Shown in pieces: positions 52,570 to 54,787 of a stretch of DNA of 54,787 nucleotides. The DNA is from Actinomycetes bacterium (GTDB lineage: Bacteria; Actinomycetota; Actinomycetes; Propionibacteriales; Nocardioidaceae). A program made the position numbers and the translations under genes. The notes under the pieces are model-generated. The model had not been told where the DNA came from, ran no database searches, and saw only the letters and a program-made list of their open reading frames with translations. How positions within the stretch are numbered: position 1 is the stretch's first letter; every line of letters starts with the position of its first letter. The stretch covers positions 1-54,787 of the forward strand of contig JAUILS010000001.1 in the NCBI GenBank assembly GCA_030432975.1, in the 5' to 3' direction.

Positions 52570-52583
52570 TGGGAGCGCTCCCA
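52570..52583. promoter_or_regulatory. CebR/CelR operator (cellobiose-responsive)
   Basis: Perfect palindrome TGGGAGCGCTCCCA at the predicted +1; second 11/14 copy at 52610-52623. Confidence 0.92.
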
Positions 52584-52654
52584 TGCCCTCGCCCCCACGC
52601 CGGTCGGCAGGCGAGCGCTCCCGGGTCCCACACCCTTCTCGAGGAGACGTCGGC

Positions 52655-53932
52655 ATGACCTGGTTGCCCCGCATCGTCCTGGCCGCCCTCGCGGCCCTGG
52701 TCCTCTCCCTGCTGCCGCCACCGACGGCCACCGCCCACGGTGGCGGCCACCGCGGCCACGAGCGCACCACCAGCTTCTACGTGCCACCGCTGCGCGACTA
52801 CACCGACGCGCTGCGCCAGATCGCCCGGCTGCGCGCCGAGGGCGACAAGGCCACCGCCCGCCAGATCTGGCGGATGATCCGCACGCCCCAGGCGGTCTGG
52901 CTGGAGCAGGGCAGCCCCGCCGAGGTGCGACGCCAGGCCAAGCAGGTCGTCCGCCGCGCGGCCGCCCGCCGGCAGGTGCCGGTGATGGTGGCCTACAACA
53001 TCCCGTTCCGCGACTGCGCGCAGTACTCCGCCGGCGGCGCCACCAGCCCCGAGGAGTACGCCGCGTGGGTGGAGGCCGTCGCCGACGGCATCGGGCGGCA
53101 CCGGGCCATCGTGCTGCTGGAGCCCGACGGGCTCGGCATCATCCCGTGGTACACCACGATCAACGGTGACCAGGAGTGGTGCCAGCCCGGTGAGGCCGAC
53201 CCGGCGACCGCGGCCGACGAGCGCTTCGCCATGCTCAACCACGCCGTCGACGCGCTCGGCGCCAACCCGCGCACCAGGGTCTACCTCGACGGCACGCACA
53301 CCGGCTGGCTCGGCACCGGCGACACCGCCGACCGCCTGGTCAAGGCCGGCGTCGAGCGCGCGACCGGCTTCTTCCTGAACGTGTCGAACTACCGCGTCAC
53401 CGAGCAGCAGGTGAAGTACGGCGAGTGGGTCTCGCAGTGCATCCACTACGGCACCAACGACGCCGAGGGCGGTTGGCGGCTCGGCCACTTCGAGTACTGC
53501 GCCAGCCAGTACTACCCGGCCGACCCGGGCGACTTCTCCACCTGGGGTCTCACCGACCAGTGGTACGTCGACAACGTCACCAACGCCGCCAACCCGCCCA
53601 GCGGGCCGGACGACCTGGCGCACTTCGTCGTCGACACCAGCCGCAACGGCCAGGGCCCGTGGACCCCGCCGGCCGGCGCCTACCCGGACCCGCAGGACTG
53701 GTGCAACCCACCCGGGCGCGGGCTCGGGCTGCGGCCGACGACCGACACCGGCAGCGACCTCGCCGACGCGTTCCTCTGGGTGAAGACCCCCGGCGAGTCT
53801 GACGGGTCCTGCACCCGCGGCCTCGACAACGGCGGCGTCGACCCCGAGTGGGGTCTGGTCGACCCCGGCGCGGGCGTGTGGTTCCCCGAGCAGGCCGTCG
53901 ACCTGGTGCGCCACGCGGTGCCGCCGATCTGA
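52655..53932 (+). CDS. Secreted glycoside hydrolase family 6 cellulase
   Basis: Signal peptide; YNIPFRDC, LEPDG, NVSNY, DTSRNG, WCNP, WVKTPGESDG; SD GAGGAG. Confidence 0.93.
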   Translation: MTWLPRIVLAALAALVLSLLPPPTATAHGGGHRGHERTTSFYVPPLRDYTDALRQIARLRAEGDKATARQIWRMIRTPQAVWLEQGSPAEVRRQAKQVVRRAAARRQVPVMVAYNIPFRDCAQYSAGGATSPEEYAAWVEAVADGIGRHRAIVLLEPDGLGIIPWYTTINGDQEWCQPGEADPATAADERFAMLNHAVDALGANPRTRVYLDGTHTGWLGTGDTADRLVKAGVERATGFFLNVSNYRVTEQQVKYGEWVSQCIHYGTNDAEGGWRLGHFEYCASQYYPADPGDFSTWGLTDQWYVDNVTNAANPPSGPDDLAHFVVDTSRNGQGPWTPPAGAYPDPQDWCNPPGRGLGLRPTTDTGSDLADAFLWVKTPGESDGSCTRGLDNGGVDPEWGLVDPGAGVWFPEQAVDLVRHAVPPI

Positions 53933-53962
53933 GCCGCTGAGCCGCCGGGCGCCTGCCAGACT

Positions 53963-53997
53963 GAGGCTCCGGCCGGGACCCTCCCGGCCGGAGCCTC
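53963..53997 (+). terminator. 16-bp hairpin after the GH6 gene
   Basis: GAGGCTCCGGCCGGGA-CCC-TCCCGGCCGGAGCCTC. Confidence 0.75.
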
Positions 53998-54018
53998 GGA
54001 GGGCGGGAGGAGCGCAGC

Positions 54019-54603
54019 GTGCGGGTCGGGCTGACGGGCGGCGTGGCCGCGGGCAAGAGTGCGGTGGCCACGATGCTGGCCGAGCTGGGGGCCGTGGTCG
54101 TCGACGCCGACCTGCTGGCGCGCGAGGTGGTCGCGCCCGGGACCGACGGGCTGGCAGAGGTGGTCGCGGCCTTCGGCGAGGGCGTGCTCGGCCCCGACGG
54201 CGCACTGGACCGCCCCGCGCTGGGCGCCGTCGTCTTCGCCGACGCCGACGCCCGTCGACGGCTGGAGGCGATCATCCACCCGCGGGTGCGGGCCCGCGCG
54301 GCCGAGCTCGAGGCCGCGGCCCCCGCCGGGGCGCTGGTGGTGCACGACATCCCGCTGCTGGTGGAGACCGGGCAGTCGGGCTCCTTCGACGCGGTGATCG
54401 TGGTCGACGCCCCCCGGGAGGTCCAGGTCGAGCGGATGGTCCGCGAGCGCGGGCTGACGCCGGCGGAGGCCGAGGCCCGGATCGCGGCTCAGGCGACCCG
54501 GGAGGAGCGGCTGGCCGCGGCGACGTACGTCGTCGACAACAGCGGGACGTGGGACGACCTCCGCCAGCAGGTGGCGGAGGTCGTCGCGGCCCTCACGGGC
54601 TGA
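54019..54603 (+). CDS. coaE: Dephospho-CoA kinase
   Basis: GLTGGVAAGKS, DAD, LDR, IIHP, DIPLLVE, DNSG. Confidence 0.96.
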   Translation: MRVGLTGGVAAGKSAVATMLAELGAVVVDADLLAREVVAPGTDGLAEVVAAFGEGVLGPDGALDRPALGAVVFADADARRRLEAIIHPRVRARAAELEAAAPAGALVVHDIPLLVETGQSGSFDAVIVVDAPREVQVERMVRERGLTPAEAEARIAAQATREERLAAATYVVDNSGTWDDLRQQVAEVVAALTG

Positions 54604-54627
54604 TCGTCTCGGTCGTGATGCAGGCTG

Positions 54628-54787
54628 TCAGGCGGCCAGGTCGGGGTCGGCGAACCGGCGAAGCTTGGCCAGCGCCTCCCGCTCCAGCTGGCGCACCCGC
54701 TCGGCGGAGATGCCGTGCCGGGCGCCGATGTCGGCCAGCTTGTGCTGCCGGCCGTCGAGCAGGCCGTAGCGCGAGCGGATGATGTCG
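54628..54787 (-). CDS. Sigma-70 family RNA polymerase sigma factor, C-terminal region 4 only (runs off window)
   Basis: Minus strand reads DIIRSRYGLLDGRQHKLADIGARHGISAERVRQLEREALAKLRRFADPDLAA*, an RpoD-like region 4.2 HTH. Confidence 0.9.
   Translation of the reverse strand, partial: DIIRSRYGLLDGRQHKLADIGARHGISAERVRQLEREALAKLRRFADPDLAA

Overview
High-GC actinobacterial chromosome segment; gene order and protein sequences suggest Nocardioides/Nocardioidaceae (inference). The core backbone is hisB-hisH-priA-hisF, a heterodimeric ABC exporter, hisI, small trp-associated membrane proteins, trpC-trpB-trpA, SCO-lgt-metallophosphoesterase, gltB-gltD, pyk, tRNA-Leu(CAA), an ANTAR response regulator, a Liv-type ABC importer, GNAT, PaaI thioesterase, polA, rpsA, a CebR-boxed GH6 cellulase, coaE and the end of a sigma-70 gene. 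No trpE lies at its usual position after hisI. The main accessory block (32.9-46.7 kb) is a cell-envelope glycosylation cluster. It resembles the mycobacterial Rv0224c-Rv0228/aftD/Rv0236A set, with an added Wzx-like flippase and an extra membrane protein, and two different sulfotransferases flank rpsA nearby. Notable non-coding or unannotated signals: a head-to-head array of 21-bp repeats after hisF, a 22/23-bp palindrome array after rpsA, a structured gltB leader, a 16-codon ORF bridging gltB and gltD, a 54-aa DUF2613-like gene missing from the ORF track, and a TAC-N6-GTA motif overlapping several -10 boxes. No CRISPR array, transposase, integrase or prophage is visible. Family assignments come from motif recognition and recall, not database searches.
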